Assembly: GCA_035253825.1 (NCBI GenBank)
Contig: DATFBM010000012.1
Location: 150,054-214,053 of the forward strand
Length of the DNA: 64,000 nt
From: Acidimicrobiia bacterium
GTDB lineage: Bacteria > Actinomycetota > Acidimicrobiia > Spongiisociales > ZC4RG35
Reading direction: 5' to 3'
Shown here piece by piece: positions 47,925 to 56,927 of the stretch. The translations under genes and the position numbers were made by a program. Below the pieces are notes generated by a model. That model was not told the DNA's origin, ran no database searches, and worked only from the letters and a program-made list of their open reading frames with translations. The stretch's first letter is position 1. Each line of letters begins with the position of its first letter.

Positions 47925-49681
47925 CCTCCCGCGGGGACGAGCACACGTTCGCCATCTCGGCCGACGGGATGTGCATTGACTACCAGGTGCCGGTGACGAT
48001 GAGCGATGGGGCCGTATTGCGGGCCGACGTCTTCCGACCCGAGACCGATGGCCAGTACCCGGTGATTCTCTCCCATGGCGTCTACGCCAAGGGTCTTCCC
48101 TTCAATGGCCCCATCTACCGGATGCAGTGGGACAAACTGGTGGCCAAGGACCCATCGCTCCTCGAGTGCTCGACAGGGAAGTACCAGGCGTGGGAGGTAA
48201 CAGACCCCGAGCGCTGGGTCCCCTCCGGCTACGTCGTGGTGCGGGTCGACTCGCGCGGGGCTGGTTGGTCGCCGGGCATCCTTTGGCCGCGCAATCCGAA
48301 GGAGTACGACGACATCGCCGAGTCGGTGGAGTGGGCAGCATCCCAGCCCTGGAGCGATGGTCGGGTGGGAATCATGGGCATCTCCTATTACGCGGTGATG
48401 GCGTGGGCGGCGGCTGAACGCCAGCCTGATCACCTCGCCGCCATCATCGCCTGGGAAGGCTTCAACGATCCCTACCGGGATGCCTATTACCACGGTGGCA
48501 TCCTCAGCGAATTCACCAGGCGCTGGCAGGAGCGTCAGATCAATCCGATCCAATATGGGCGCGGCTCGCGCGCTCCGGTGAACCCCAACACCGGACAGTC
48601 GGTCGCCGGCCCCGTCGATCTTTCCGAAGAAGAGCTCGCCGCCAACCGAGTGGAGTCGTTCCCCGACATCAAGGCCCATCCCCTCGACGACGAATGGCAT
48701 CGAGCCCGCGCTATCGGCCTAGAGAAGGTGACTGTTCCATTTCTGTCGGCGGCCAACTGGGGCGGGCAAGGGATCCACCCCCGCGGCAACTTTCGTGGAT
48801 TCGTTGAAGCGGCTTCGGGCCAGAAATGGCTTGAGGCCCATGGCGACACGCATTGGACTCATTTCTACTCCGAATACGGGCGCGACCTGCAGAAGCGATT
48901 CTTCGACCATTTCTTAAAAGGCGAGGACAACGGCTTCGACCGCACACCCCGAGTTCAGCTCAACATCCGTCATCCCGGTGAGAAATTCGAGTGGCGGGGA
49001 GAGAACGAGTGGCCCTTGGCCCGCACCATCTGGACGACGCTCCACCTCAATGGCGACCAGGCTCTTTCCACCGAGCCGGCCGCGACGGCAACCTTATGGC
49101 AGTACGACCCCATGGGCGAGGGGCTCCATTTCGCCATGGCGCCCTTCACCGAAGAGACCGAAATAACGGGGCCGCTTGCCGCCAAGCTGTTCATCTCTTC
49201 GACGACGAAGGACGCCGATCTCTTTCTCATCCTGCAGTTGTTCGATCCCGGCGGCAACGAGGTGACGTTCGAAGGTTCCACCGACCCCAACACGCCCATC
49301 GCCAATGGATGGCTCCGCGCCTCCCACCGCGCCCTCGACCCGATGAGAAGCAAGCCATGGCAGCCCTTTCATCTCCACGATCGCATCGACCCTCTCCAAC
49401 CGGGTGTGGTCTACGAGCTCGACATCGAGATCGTCCCCACCTGCATCGTGGTTCCTACCGGCTATTGGCTCGAGCTCTGGGTCAGGGGCAGGGACTACGA
49501 GTACCGGGGACCGCTCGACGAGTACGGCCAGGCCTTTTATTACGCCACCCGCGGCACCGGAGGTATGACCCACGCTGACCCCGACGACCGGCCAGAGGAG
49601 CTTTTCGGAGGACAGGTCACCCTGCACGCCGGCCCCCACCACCCCTCACACCTCCTCGTACCTCTCGTACCGCCAAAATGA
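47921..49681 (+). CDS. CocE/NonD-family (S15) serine hydrolase, copy 2
   Basis: I use GTG at 47921 (GTGA overlap). YPVILSHGVYAKG, VRVDSRGAGWSPG and IMGISYYA. Collinear with copy 1. Confidence 0.85.
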   Translation: MTSRGDEHTFAISADGMCIDYQVPVTMSDGAVLRADVFRPETDGQYPVILSHGVYAKGLPFNGPIYRMQWDKLVAKDPSLLECSTGKYQAWEVTDPERWVPSGYVVVRVDSRGAGWSPGILWPRNPKEYDDIAESVEWAASQPWSDGRVGIMGISYYAVMAWAAAERQPDHLAAIIAWEGFNDPYRDAYYHGGILSEFTRRWQERQINPIQYGRGSRAPVNPNTGQSVAGPVDLSEEELAANRVESFPDIKAHPLDDEWHRARAIGLEKVTVPFLSAANWGGQGIHPRGNFRGFVEAASGQKWLEAHGDTHWTHFYSEYGRDLQKRFFDHFLKGEDNGFDRTPRVQLNIRHPGEKFEWRGENEWPLARTIWTTLHLNGDQALSTEPAATATLWQYDPMGEGLHFAMAPFTEETEITGPLAAKLFISSTTKDADLFLILQLFDPGGNEVTFEGSTDPNTPIANGWLRASHRALDPMRSKPWQPFHLHDRIDPLQPGVVYELDIEIVPTCIVVPTGYWLELWVRGRDYEYRGPLDEYGQAFYYATRGTGGMTHADPDDRPEELFGGQVTLHAGPHHPSHLLVPLVPPK

Positions 49682-50604
49682 CGATGATTCAGCCGATCAG
49701 ATACATTCCGCACTTGATGCGGATGGTCAGCCCCCACCGGATTGCCGTTGGAATCAGTCTCGTGCTTGCCGCCTGCTCGGGCCCTGGAACCCCTACCGAC
49801 CCGACGCCGGCGCCATACGCCGCCGACGTCGATGTTGGGGGCCGAAAGCTCCACATCGTCTGCGCTGGCCCGACCAACACCGGTAGGCCGACGGTCGTCT
49901 TCGAGAATGGTGGCGGCCCCACCTTTCGGACCTGGTCCCGAGTGATGGACGAACTCCAAACCACGGACAGAAGCTGCGCCTACGATCGAGCCGGCATCGG
50001 ACTCAGTGATGCCGCGCCGATGCCATGGACGAGGCGAGATCAGGTAAACGACCTCGCCACTCTGCTCGATGCTGCTGGCGTCGGCGGCCCGATCATCCTC
50101 GTCGCCCACAGCCTCGGTGGCTGGAACGCGATCGTCTTCACGGCCGATCACCCAGATCGAGTCGTAGGGGCCGTCCTCGTAGATATCTTGCCCCCAGGAC
50201 TCGAGCGCCGACTGCTCGAGGAGTTGCCGCCCGAGGGGCCGGGCGAGCCCGAGGTCGTCCGCCAGGCCCGGGAGGAATTCACGGCCTTCTGGACTGACCC
50301 GTCGATGAACCCAGAAGGACTCCACATCGCCGACAGCGAGGCACAAGTGTTGGCCGCCCCAGGCTTCGGCGGTCGTCCGACTGAGGTCCTATGGGCAACC
50401 GACACAGAGCTAACCGTGTGGCCGGGCTTCGAACCCAATCTTGTCGCACGGCTCAATGCCGCCATCGAGGATCTCCGCCGCGAGGTAGAAGGGCTAGCCG
50501 ATAACCCAAATGTCACCTGGATCGACACGGGCCACGCCATCCAGGAGGAGCGCGCCGAAGTCGTCATCGAGGCCATACGGCGAGTCTTGGACCAGCTCGC
50601 GTGA
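49678..50604 (+). CDS. secreted alpha/beta hydrolase lipoprotein
   Basis: 308 aa. Signal plus lipobox VGISLVLAACSG. Nucleophile elbow VAHSLGGW. ATGA overlap. Confidence 0.75.
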   Translation: MTMIQPIRYIPHLMRMVSPHRIAVGISLVLAACSGPGTPTDPTPAPYAADVDVGGRKLHIVCAGPTNTGRPTVVFENGGGPTFRTWSRVMDELQTTDRSCAYDRAGIGLSDAAPMPWTRRDQVNDLATLLDAAGVGGPIILVAHSLGGWNAIVFTADHPDRVVGAVLVDILPPGLERRLLEELPPEGPGEPEVVRQAREEFTAFWTDPSMNPEGLHIADSEAQVLAAPGFGGRPTEVLWATDTELTVWPGFEPNLVARLNAAIEDLRREVEGLADNPNVTWIDTGHAIQEERAEVVIEAIRRVLDQLA

Positions 50605-52187
50605 CGACGACCACAGATTTCGTCGTTGCCGGTGGAGGCCACAACAGCCTGATCACCGCGGCTTACCTGGCAAAGGCGGGTTACGAGGTGGTGGTCCTCG
50701 ACGCTCGGCGCGAGGTGGGTGGAGGCGCCTCCACCGAGGAGATCCTGCTCCCCGGGTTCTGGTTCGACACCTGCTCCACCGGCCACACCCTGATCCAGGT
50801 GAATCCACTGCTCGCAAGGGACGAGCTGGGATTGCTGTCGGAGTTCGGCCTTCAGTATCTCGATCCTGATCCGGTGGCGCATGTCGTCTTCCCCGATGGC
50901 GAACGGTTCACCATGTGGCTCGACCTCGACCGCACCCTCGACGAGATCGGGAGGTTCTCAAAGAGCGATGCCGCCGCCTACCGACGGATGCTCGAGGAAT
51001 TCGACGCGGTGAAGGGAATCTATGGCGAATACCGCTTCACTCCCATCGGGTATGGCCCTTCCCTCGAGGAAAGACTCGCCAATCAACCGATGGGCACGGT
51101 GTGGATGCGCCGCAACGTCATGTCGGCCTGGGAGGTGATCCGACGGGAATACGAGAGCCGGCACGTGCGCGCCTTCATGGCGTGGATGGCGTTCCAAACG
51201 GCCCAGCCCCTCGAGTCACCTGGCTCCGGCTATCTGGCTTACTCCTTGGTCGGAGGTCGTCAGCGGCGGAGTTGGTCGGTTCCGGTCGACGGTTCTTCGA
51301 GCCTGCCCAGGGCCATCGTCGCGGCTCTCGAGAAAGCGGGCGGCACAGTCATCACCGATACGTTGGTGACCTCCCTGATCGTGGAGGGGGGGCGGTGCGT
51401 CGGGGTGGAGAGCGATGGCGGGACCCAGTATCGGGCTCGTAAGGGCGTGGTCTCCTCGATCCATATCAAGAGGCTGGTCGAGATGGCGCCCGCCGCCGTC
51501 TGGGGTGAAGGCTTTCTCTACGGTGTCGACACCTACGACCCGGGGCTCTCCTCGTTCGCTTCCTACTACGCCACCAGTGAGGCCCCCAGATTTCCGACCG
51601 ACGACGGAGAGATCGAACCCGTCTCGGCGGGACCGGCGCCATGGGTCGAGGACGTCATCGAGTTCGGGCGGGGGTTGCGCGAGGGTCGGCTCCATCGACC
51701 AGGGACATTCCTCCTCTTCGCCACTCCCACCATCATCGACCCCTCTCGCGCCCCGGAGGGAAAGCACACGGTGAAGATCCTCAGCCTCGCTCCCTACGAA
51801 GCTCCCGCCGACCTTGGTGATTGGGAAACGGGGAAGGAAGTTCTGGCGGAGGAGCATCTACGGGTCCTCCAGCAGTGCGCTCCCAACCTGACGGATGAGA
51901 TGATTCTCGCCCGCAAGGCCAAGAGCCCAGTCGACATCGAGGCGGCCAATCCCCACATGTTTCGAGGGACCATCCATGGCGGCGACCGGAGTCTCGCCTA
52001 CGGCGGCGCCCAGCGACCGGTCCCCGGTTGGGCCCAACACCGGATGCCCATCCCCGGCCTTTATCAGACCGGTGCCACCACCCACCCCGGCGGATCGATC
52101 ACAGGAGGCCCGGGAAGGAATGCAGCAATCGTCATCCTGAATGATCTCGGCACCACTATCGAAAAAGTTGTCTCAAACGAACCCTAA
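50601..52187 (+). CDS. FAD-dependent oxidoreductase, phytoene-desaturase/amine-oxidase (CrtI-like) family
   Basis: 528 aa. DFVVAGGGHNSLITAAYLAKAGYEVVVLDAR dinucleotide fold. GTGA overlap. Confidence 0.8.
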   Translation: MTTTTDFVVAGGGHNSLITAAYLAKAGYEVVVLDARREVGGGASTEEILLPGFWFDTCSTGHTLIQVNPLLARDELGLLSEFGLQYLDPDPVAHVVFPDGERFTMWLDLDRTLDEIGRFSKSDAAAYRRMLEEFDAVKGIYGEYRFTPIGYGPSLEERLANQPMGTVWMRRNVMSAWEVIRREYESRHVRAFMAWMAFQTAQPLESPGSGYLAYSLVGGRQRRSWSVPVDGSSSLPRAIVAALEKAGGTVITDTLVTSLIVEGGRCVGVESDGGTQYRARKGVVSSIHIKRLVEMAPAAVWGEGFLYGVDTYDPGLSSFASYYATSEAPRFPTDDGEIEPVSAGPAPWVEDVIEFGRGLREGRLHRPGTFLLFATPTIIDPSRAPEGKHTVKILSLAPYEAPADLGDWETGKEVLAEEHLRVLQQCAPNLTDEMILARKAKSPVDIEAANPHMFRGTIHGGDRSLAYGGAQRPVPGWAQHRMPIPGLYQTGATTHPGGSITGGPGRNAAIVILNDLGTTIEKVVSNEP

Positions 52188-52226
52188 GGCTTCAGCAGGC
52201 GGATTCGGCATGTTTCAGCCTTTGGT

Positions 52227-53378
52227 ATGCGAAAGGAGGTTGGTTTGACGCTCGAGCTGGGCTTTGCCCCCAACGAGGACCCCTTTGTCATCGTCCACGG
52301 TGGCTTCTACCGGCGTTGGTACTCAATGATCGACGACATCTCCGAACTGGAATCAGCCGTCGCTCGCCTCGAGGGAACGACCCAGGACAAGTGGGTCCCG
52401 GTGTGGGAAGAGCTCGGGCGTCGGCACGAAGCGGAGGGGGATCGGCTAGAGGCGACGGGTGATTTCGAAGGATCGAGGCGCTCCTATCTCCAGGCCAAGA
52501 CCTACTACGCCATCGGCCGATTTCCCGGCGAAGTCTCGGAGGTCAAGCGCCGGATCAGCGACGACTGCGCCCGCGCCTATCGGAAGGCCTGCGCTCATCT
52601 CGACCCGCCGGTCGAAATTGTCGAGTTCGAGCATCAGGGCAAGACGATCCGAGCCCATTTTCGATCACCCCATTCCAAAGTCCCGGTTCCTGCGGTCCTC
52701 GTCATGTGCGGCGCCGACGTTTTCAAAGAGGACCGTGGCTGGGCACAAGACATGTGCATCGAAAACGGCCTCGCCGCCCTGGTAATGGATGGTCCCGGGA
52801 CCGGGGAGAACCCATTCCCCTGGGCCCCGGAGTCAGTGAGCGCCTGGGAGGCGGCGGTGGACTATCTCGCCGCTCGCCCCGAGGTGGACGGTGATCGGAT
52901 CGGGGCGTTCGGGATCAGCCGCGGTGGTTACTCAGTCCTGCAGCTGGCCGGCACCGCCCCCGACAAGCTCAAGGCGGTGGTGGCCAGCGCCGGCCATCCC
53001 TTCGGGTATGTCATGGATGACGAGGAGCTCGAGGAGTTCGTGCGGGTCCGCAACGAGCGGGCAGAATGGCGCTTCGGCGCTCCTGAGGATCCTCCCTCGT
53101 TTCCTTCGACCTCTATCGAGCAGGAGCGGGCTGATTTCTCCCGCTGGGCGCTATCCGAACAGGGGATCCTCGACAACATCACGATGCCGGTGTTGATGAT
53201 CAATGGCAAGCTCGACCATCTGGCACCGATCGGGAACATCTACTTCATGCTCGAAACCGGGCCTGCCACCGGCAAGGAAGCTCGCATCTATCCCGACGAT
53301 GGTCATTGTGCTTTCAAACACTTCAATCATTGGGCCCCTGCGACGTTCCGGTGGCTGGCCGAGAAGCTGGGTCGGTAG
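52227..53378 (+). CDS. alpha/beta hydrolase with an N-terminal helical lid (FrsA/DUF1100-like), copy 2
   Basis: 383 aa. Nucleophile elbow FGISRGGY. C-terminal DDGHCAF. Confidence 0.75.
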   Translation: MRKEVGLTLELGFAPNEDPFVIVHGGFYRRWYSMIDDISELESAVARLEGTTQDKWVPVWEELGRRHEAEGDRLEATGDFEGSRRSYLQAKTYYAIGRFPGEVSEVKRRISDDCARAYRKACAHLDPPVEIVEFEHQGKTIRAHFRSPHSKVPVPAVLVMCGADVFKEDRGWAQDMCIENGLAALVMDGPGTGENPFPWAPESVSAWEAAVDYLAARPEVDGDRIGAFGISRGGYSVLQLAGTAPDKLKAVVASAGHPFGYVMDDEELEEFVRVRNERAEWRFGAPEDPPSFPSTSIEQERADFSRWALSEQGILDNITMPVLMINGKLDHLAPIGNIYFMLETGPATGKEARIYPDDGHCAFKHFNHWAPATFRWLAEKLGR

Positions 53379-54819
53379 CCGCGAACGGACCGCGCTCGAT
53401 TTCACCTCGGGATGTAAGAACGGCCGAGCCGGCCCGGGGACGGATGTTCTGGTTGTGGTGGAACACGTTCTCCGGGTCGTATTCCGCCTTGACCTCGGCC
53501 AGTCGTTGGTAGACCGCGCTGCCATAAGCCTCTTCGACCCGGTCGGGTTCTTCATCGCCACCGAGGAAGTTGACGTACACCCCTTCCCGGTATTCATCGA
53601 GGGCGGTGAAGAAGCGCTTGGCCCATGCGATGTCTCCGTCGGCATAGTCGTCGCCAGGCCGCCACACGCCGTCGAGAGTGACGGCATGAGAGGCCCGTCG
53701 GTTCCCGAACGCAGTGGCCCCTACCGGCACCCGACTCACCGCGCCGCCCAGGTGAAACATGGCCACGTAGGACCGCGGGGAAGAGGCGGCGAACGCGTTC
53801 TCGACCATCACCTTGATCAGGTGGTCGTCTAGCTCGGGAAGATACGTCGACTTCCAGTAGTAGTTCCAGCCGTGCGCCACCGTGGAGTCGAGAGCACTTT
53901 GGTGATTGACATACGGTGATGTTGCGATGAGATCGAGGAGCGGCTTTCCAAAAGCTCGCAAAGGTCGGATTACATCTTCAGCCTCCTCGACCGGTCCTGC
54001 GAAACAGACGCCCACCAAAACGACGGGCCGCCAATGCAGATCCTCAGGGATGACGGGTAGAGGCGGAGCAGTGCCGAATCTCACCACAGTCCCGAGTTCG
54101 TCAGGGGCATTCCTAATGAACTCGCGGTAGAAGTGGAGAACCTCGACGGCGTCATCGGCGCTCCACAAAATGGGACCCGCCAAGACCCCTGGGCCGAGGG
54201 GGTGGAGCTGGAACTCGAAGGACGTGACGACACCAAAGTTGCCGCCCCCTCCCCGCAGCCCCCAGAAAAGGTCGGGATGCTGGTCCTCTGACGCCCGCAG
54301 GAAGTCGCCGTCCGCTGCCACGACGTCGGCGGCGCGCAAGTTGTCGATCGTTAGACCCTGCTTGCGCATCAGCCAGCCGATGCCACCGCCAAGCGTTAGA
54401 CCGGCGACACCGGTGTGGCTGATGATTCCGCCGGTCGTAGCCAGTCCGTGGATCTGTGTTCGTCGATCGACGTCGCTCCACAGGGCCCCGCCCTGCACGT
54501 GGACCGTACGGCGGTCAGGATCAACTCGGACCTCCCGCATTGCGGTGAGGTCGATGACGATGCCGTCGTCACAGACAGCGGTCCCGGCGACGTTGTGGCC
54601 CCCACCCCGGATCGCGATCTCCAAGTCGTGCCGGCGGGCGAACCGTAACGCGGCGATCACGTCGGCGTTCCTCTGGCATCGCGCAATCACGAGCGGGTGG
54701 CGGTCGATGATTCCGTTCCAGACGGCTCGGGCAGCGTCGTATTCGGCGTGACCAGCCGTGATCACCTCGCCCGAGAACTGGTCGATCTTCATGGTCGTTG
54801 CCTCCTTCGGGTGCTCCAA
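53323..54819 (-). CDS. FAD-linked oxidase of the PCMH/berberine-bridge-enzyme-like family
   Basis: 498 aa. FAD_binding_4 region with AIRGGGHNVAG, where the His sits at the position used for covalent FAD in this family. C-terminal BBE signature YDPENVFHHNQNIRP. The 3' tail overlaps the convergent gene by 56 nt. Confidence 0.85.
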   Translation of the reverse strand: MEHPKEATTMKIDQFSGEVITAGHAEYDAARAVWNGIIDRHPLVIARCQRNADVIAALRFARRHDLEIAIRGGGHNVAGTAVCDDGIVIDLTAMREVRVDPDRRTVHVQGGALWSDVDRRTQIHGLATTGGIISHTGVAGLTLGGGIGWLMRKQGLTIDNLRAADVVAADGDFLRASEDQHPDLFWGLRGGGGNFGVVTSFEFQLHPLGPGVLAGPILWSADDAVEVLHFYREFIRNAPDELGTVVRFGTAPPLPVIPEDLHWRPVVLVGVCFAGPVEEAEDVIRPLRAFGKPLLDLIATSPYVNHQSALDSTVAHGWNYYWKSTYLPELDDHLIKVMVENAFAASSPRSYVAMFHLGGAVSRVPVGATAFGNRRASHAVTLDGVWRPGDDYADGDIAWAKRFFTALDEYREGVYVNFLGGDEEPDRVEEAYGSAVYQRLAEVKAEYDPENVFHHNQNIRPRAGSAVLTSRGEIERGPFAATDPASRPATGTSQGPND

Positions 54820-54932
54820 CCATTTGGTGGTCGGCGATTGCTGAAACGCCTCGATTGCACCACCCGAGACGACCTCTGTGAAGTCAAGAATCTGGACTTC
54901 CAGCCGACTGAGCAGGAAGCCACAATGGAGTC

Positions 54933-55622
54933 ATGCGCACTTATGGGCAGTACTGCCCGATCGCCCGCGGTGCCGAGATCTTTGGCGAGCGTTGGACGCC
55001 GCTGATTGTTCGCAACCTTTACCTCGGCTGTAGAAGCTTCGGCGAGATCCTGGAGGGAGCGCCCGGACTATCGCGCACACTGCTCTCGCAGCGCCTCCAG
55101 CAGCTGGAGCGGCTTGGGATCGTCGTCACCGCTCCCAAAGCCGTAGGGAGCGGGCGCTTTTATGACCTCACGCCAGCTGGTCGTGACCTCTTCAAGGTCT
55201 GCGCCTCACTTGGCGAGTGGGGGGCCCGCTGGCTCGAGATTGCTCCGGAGAATCTCGATCCTTTCGTCGCCTTGTGGTCGATGTGCAACGCTTTGCGCCG
55301 AGACCGCCTCCCAAACCGGCGTGTCGTGATCCAGTTCGACTTCATTGATCGGCAACCGCGCGAGCGCTACTGGCTGCTTATCGAGGCTGGCGACACCGAG
55401 ATTTGCAAGACCTATCCGGGCCTCGACGAGGACCTCTACGTAACCGCTCAAGCGGAAGCGTTCGTCAAGTGGCACGCCGGGCAGCTCAGCTGGGCCGAGG
55501 CTATTCGTGACGACCGCATTCACCTGCATGGCCCGTCATCATTGGTACGAGCCTTCCCGACCTGGAATGGCCGGAGCATGTTCGCTCATGTGAAGCGAGC
55601 CGCTCGGAACGGAGCCAATTGA
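54933..55622 (+). CDS. HxlR-family winged-helix regulator with a ~120-aa C-terminal extension
   Basis: 229 aa. YCPIARGAEIFGERWTPLIVRNL HxlR signature. Confidence 0.8.
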   Translation: MRTYGQYCPIARGAEIFGERWTPLIVRNLYLGCRSFGEILEGAPGLSRTLLSQRLQQLERLGIVVTAPKAVGSGRFYDLTPAGRDLFKVCASLGEWGARWLEIAPENLDPFVALWSMCNALRRDRLPNRRVVIQFDFIDRQPRERYWLLIEAGDTEICKTYPGLDEDLYVTAQAEAFVKWHAGQLSWAEAIRDDRIHLHGPSSLVRAFPTWNGRSMFAHVKRAARNGAN

Positions 55623-56924
55623 TCAGACGACGATCAACTCGTGGGGGAAGTTCGTCACCTGCTCGTGGCCTCTTTCTGTGAGGACGTAGGTTCGCCCAAA
55701 GAAGATTCCGAGCAACCCATCGGGGGTGATGATTGTCGGTTCGAGCATCGCCACGATCCCCGGGACGAGGTCGAGTTCGTTGTCATTGGCGATGACGTGG
55801 TCCCACATCACATGCGGGGTGTGACTGGTGAAGTCGATGCAATGCAAGAAGAGCGGCCGCGAGTCGTAGCCTTTGTCGCGGAAGAACTGGCTCGCCTTCA
55901 TCACATCGTCCCAGCTGTTGCCCCCGACGAGCTGTTGCGCCATGAGGTCATAGCCAGGGAGGACCACCTCGTCGAAGAACTCTCGGACCCACGACGGCGG
56001 CTCCCCGATAGAGATGGGGCCGCCGATTTGCACCGAGTAACCGTTGTAGCCACAGGCCAGCTCGTTGATGATGATGTCGCCTTTCTCGAGGCGACGGCTC
56101 GAGGGCCAGGGATTGCCGAAGACCATCCCCGGGTTGTCCATTGGCGTCGACCCGATGATGTTGAAGTCCATTTGACCCCCACCGTCTATGACGGCGTGGG
56201 TAGCAGCGGCGGCAAGTTGGTACTCGGTGATCCCGGGGCGGGCGGTGGCGACCATGGCCCCGAAGGCCTGGTCCATCAGCTTCCCGGCCTGGCGGACGCA
56301 CTCGATCTCCTCCGGACTCTTCACATGGACCAGCTCGTGGAAGAAGTCCCCGACTCGCTCCAACTTGGCCTCGGGAAGTCCTTCACGAAGACGCTCCCAC
56401 TCGTCCACCGGAAGGTGATGTCCGTAGACGGGATCGACATGGGAAATACCGACCGTGGCGTCGCCCAGACCCCACTCCTTGATGAGCTCGACGATCACCT
56501 CGCCTGATCGACCCCAGCGCGAGTGGCGAACGTCAGTCAATGGAGTGGCGCGACGCACCGCCTCGCGATGGGCGCCGCCGGGCCCGCAGATCAGAACCGG
56601 CTCCCCTTCCGGAGGCACCACGACATAGGCCGACATCCCGTGCCATTCCCAGTGACCCGAGAGCCACCGCATCCCGCCGCCCCAGCTCCAATGGTTGGGT
56701 CCGCCGGAGGCGATGAGCACGTCGAGGCCGAGTCGCTTCATTTTCGCTCGGGTGGCGGCGAACCGACGTTGGTATTCGGCGTCGGAGAATCGTTCATAGA
56801 CCGCGTCGAAGTACCACGGCGAGTTGGTGACGCCGCCGAAGACCTCTGTGTGCATCTGGCCTACTGCGTTTTTGAAGTCGATGTCACCAGGTCTCATGAG
56901 TCCCTCCGTGTCGTCGTTGATCAA
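55623..56924 (-). CDS. M24-family (creatinase/Xaa-Pro peptidase fold) protein with non-canonical metal-site residues
   Basis: 433 aa. Creatinase_N-like N-terminus and pita-bread C-terminus (GDIIINELACGYNGYSVQIGG ... VAMLEPTII). Confidence 0.75.
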   Translation of the reverse strand: MINDDTEGLMRPGDIDFKNAVGQMHTEVFGGVTNSPWYFDAVYERFSDAEYQRRFAATRAKMKRLGLDVLIASGGPNHWSWGGGMRWLSGHWEWHGMSAYVVVPPEGEPVLICGPGGAHREAVRRATPLTDVRHSRWGRSGEVIVELIKEWGLGDATVGISHVDPVYGHHLPVDEWERLREGLPEAKLERVGDFFHELVHVKSPEEIECVRQAGKLMDQAFGAMVATARPGITEYQLAAAATHAVIDGGGQMDFNIIGSTPMDNPGMVFGNPWPSSRRLEKGDIIINELACGYNGYSVQIGGPISIGEPPSWVREFFDEVVLPGYDLMAQQLVGGNSWDDVMKASQFFRDKGYDSRPLFLHCIDFTSHTPHVMWDHVIANDNELDLVPGIVAMLEPTIITPDGLLGIFFGRTYVLTERGHEQVTNFPHELIVV

Positions 56925-56927
56925 TGA

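Noticed and set aside
54852-54859. CGATTGCA half-site between the HxlR and BBE-oxidase genes as a fifth operator
   Set aside because: Only the right half matches and the left half (ACGCCT) is poor. It is mentioned in the regulon finding but not called as a feature.
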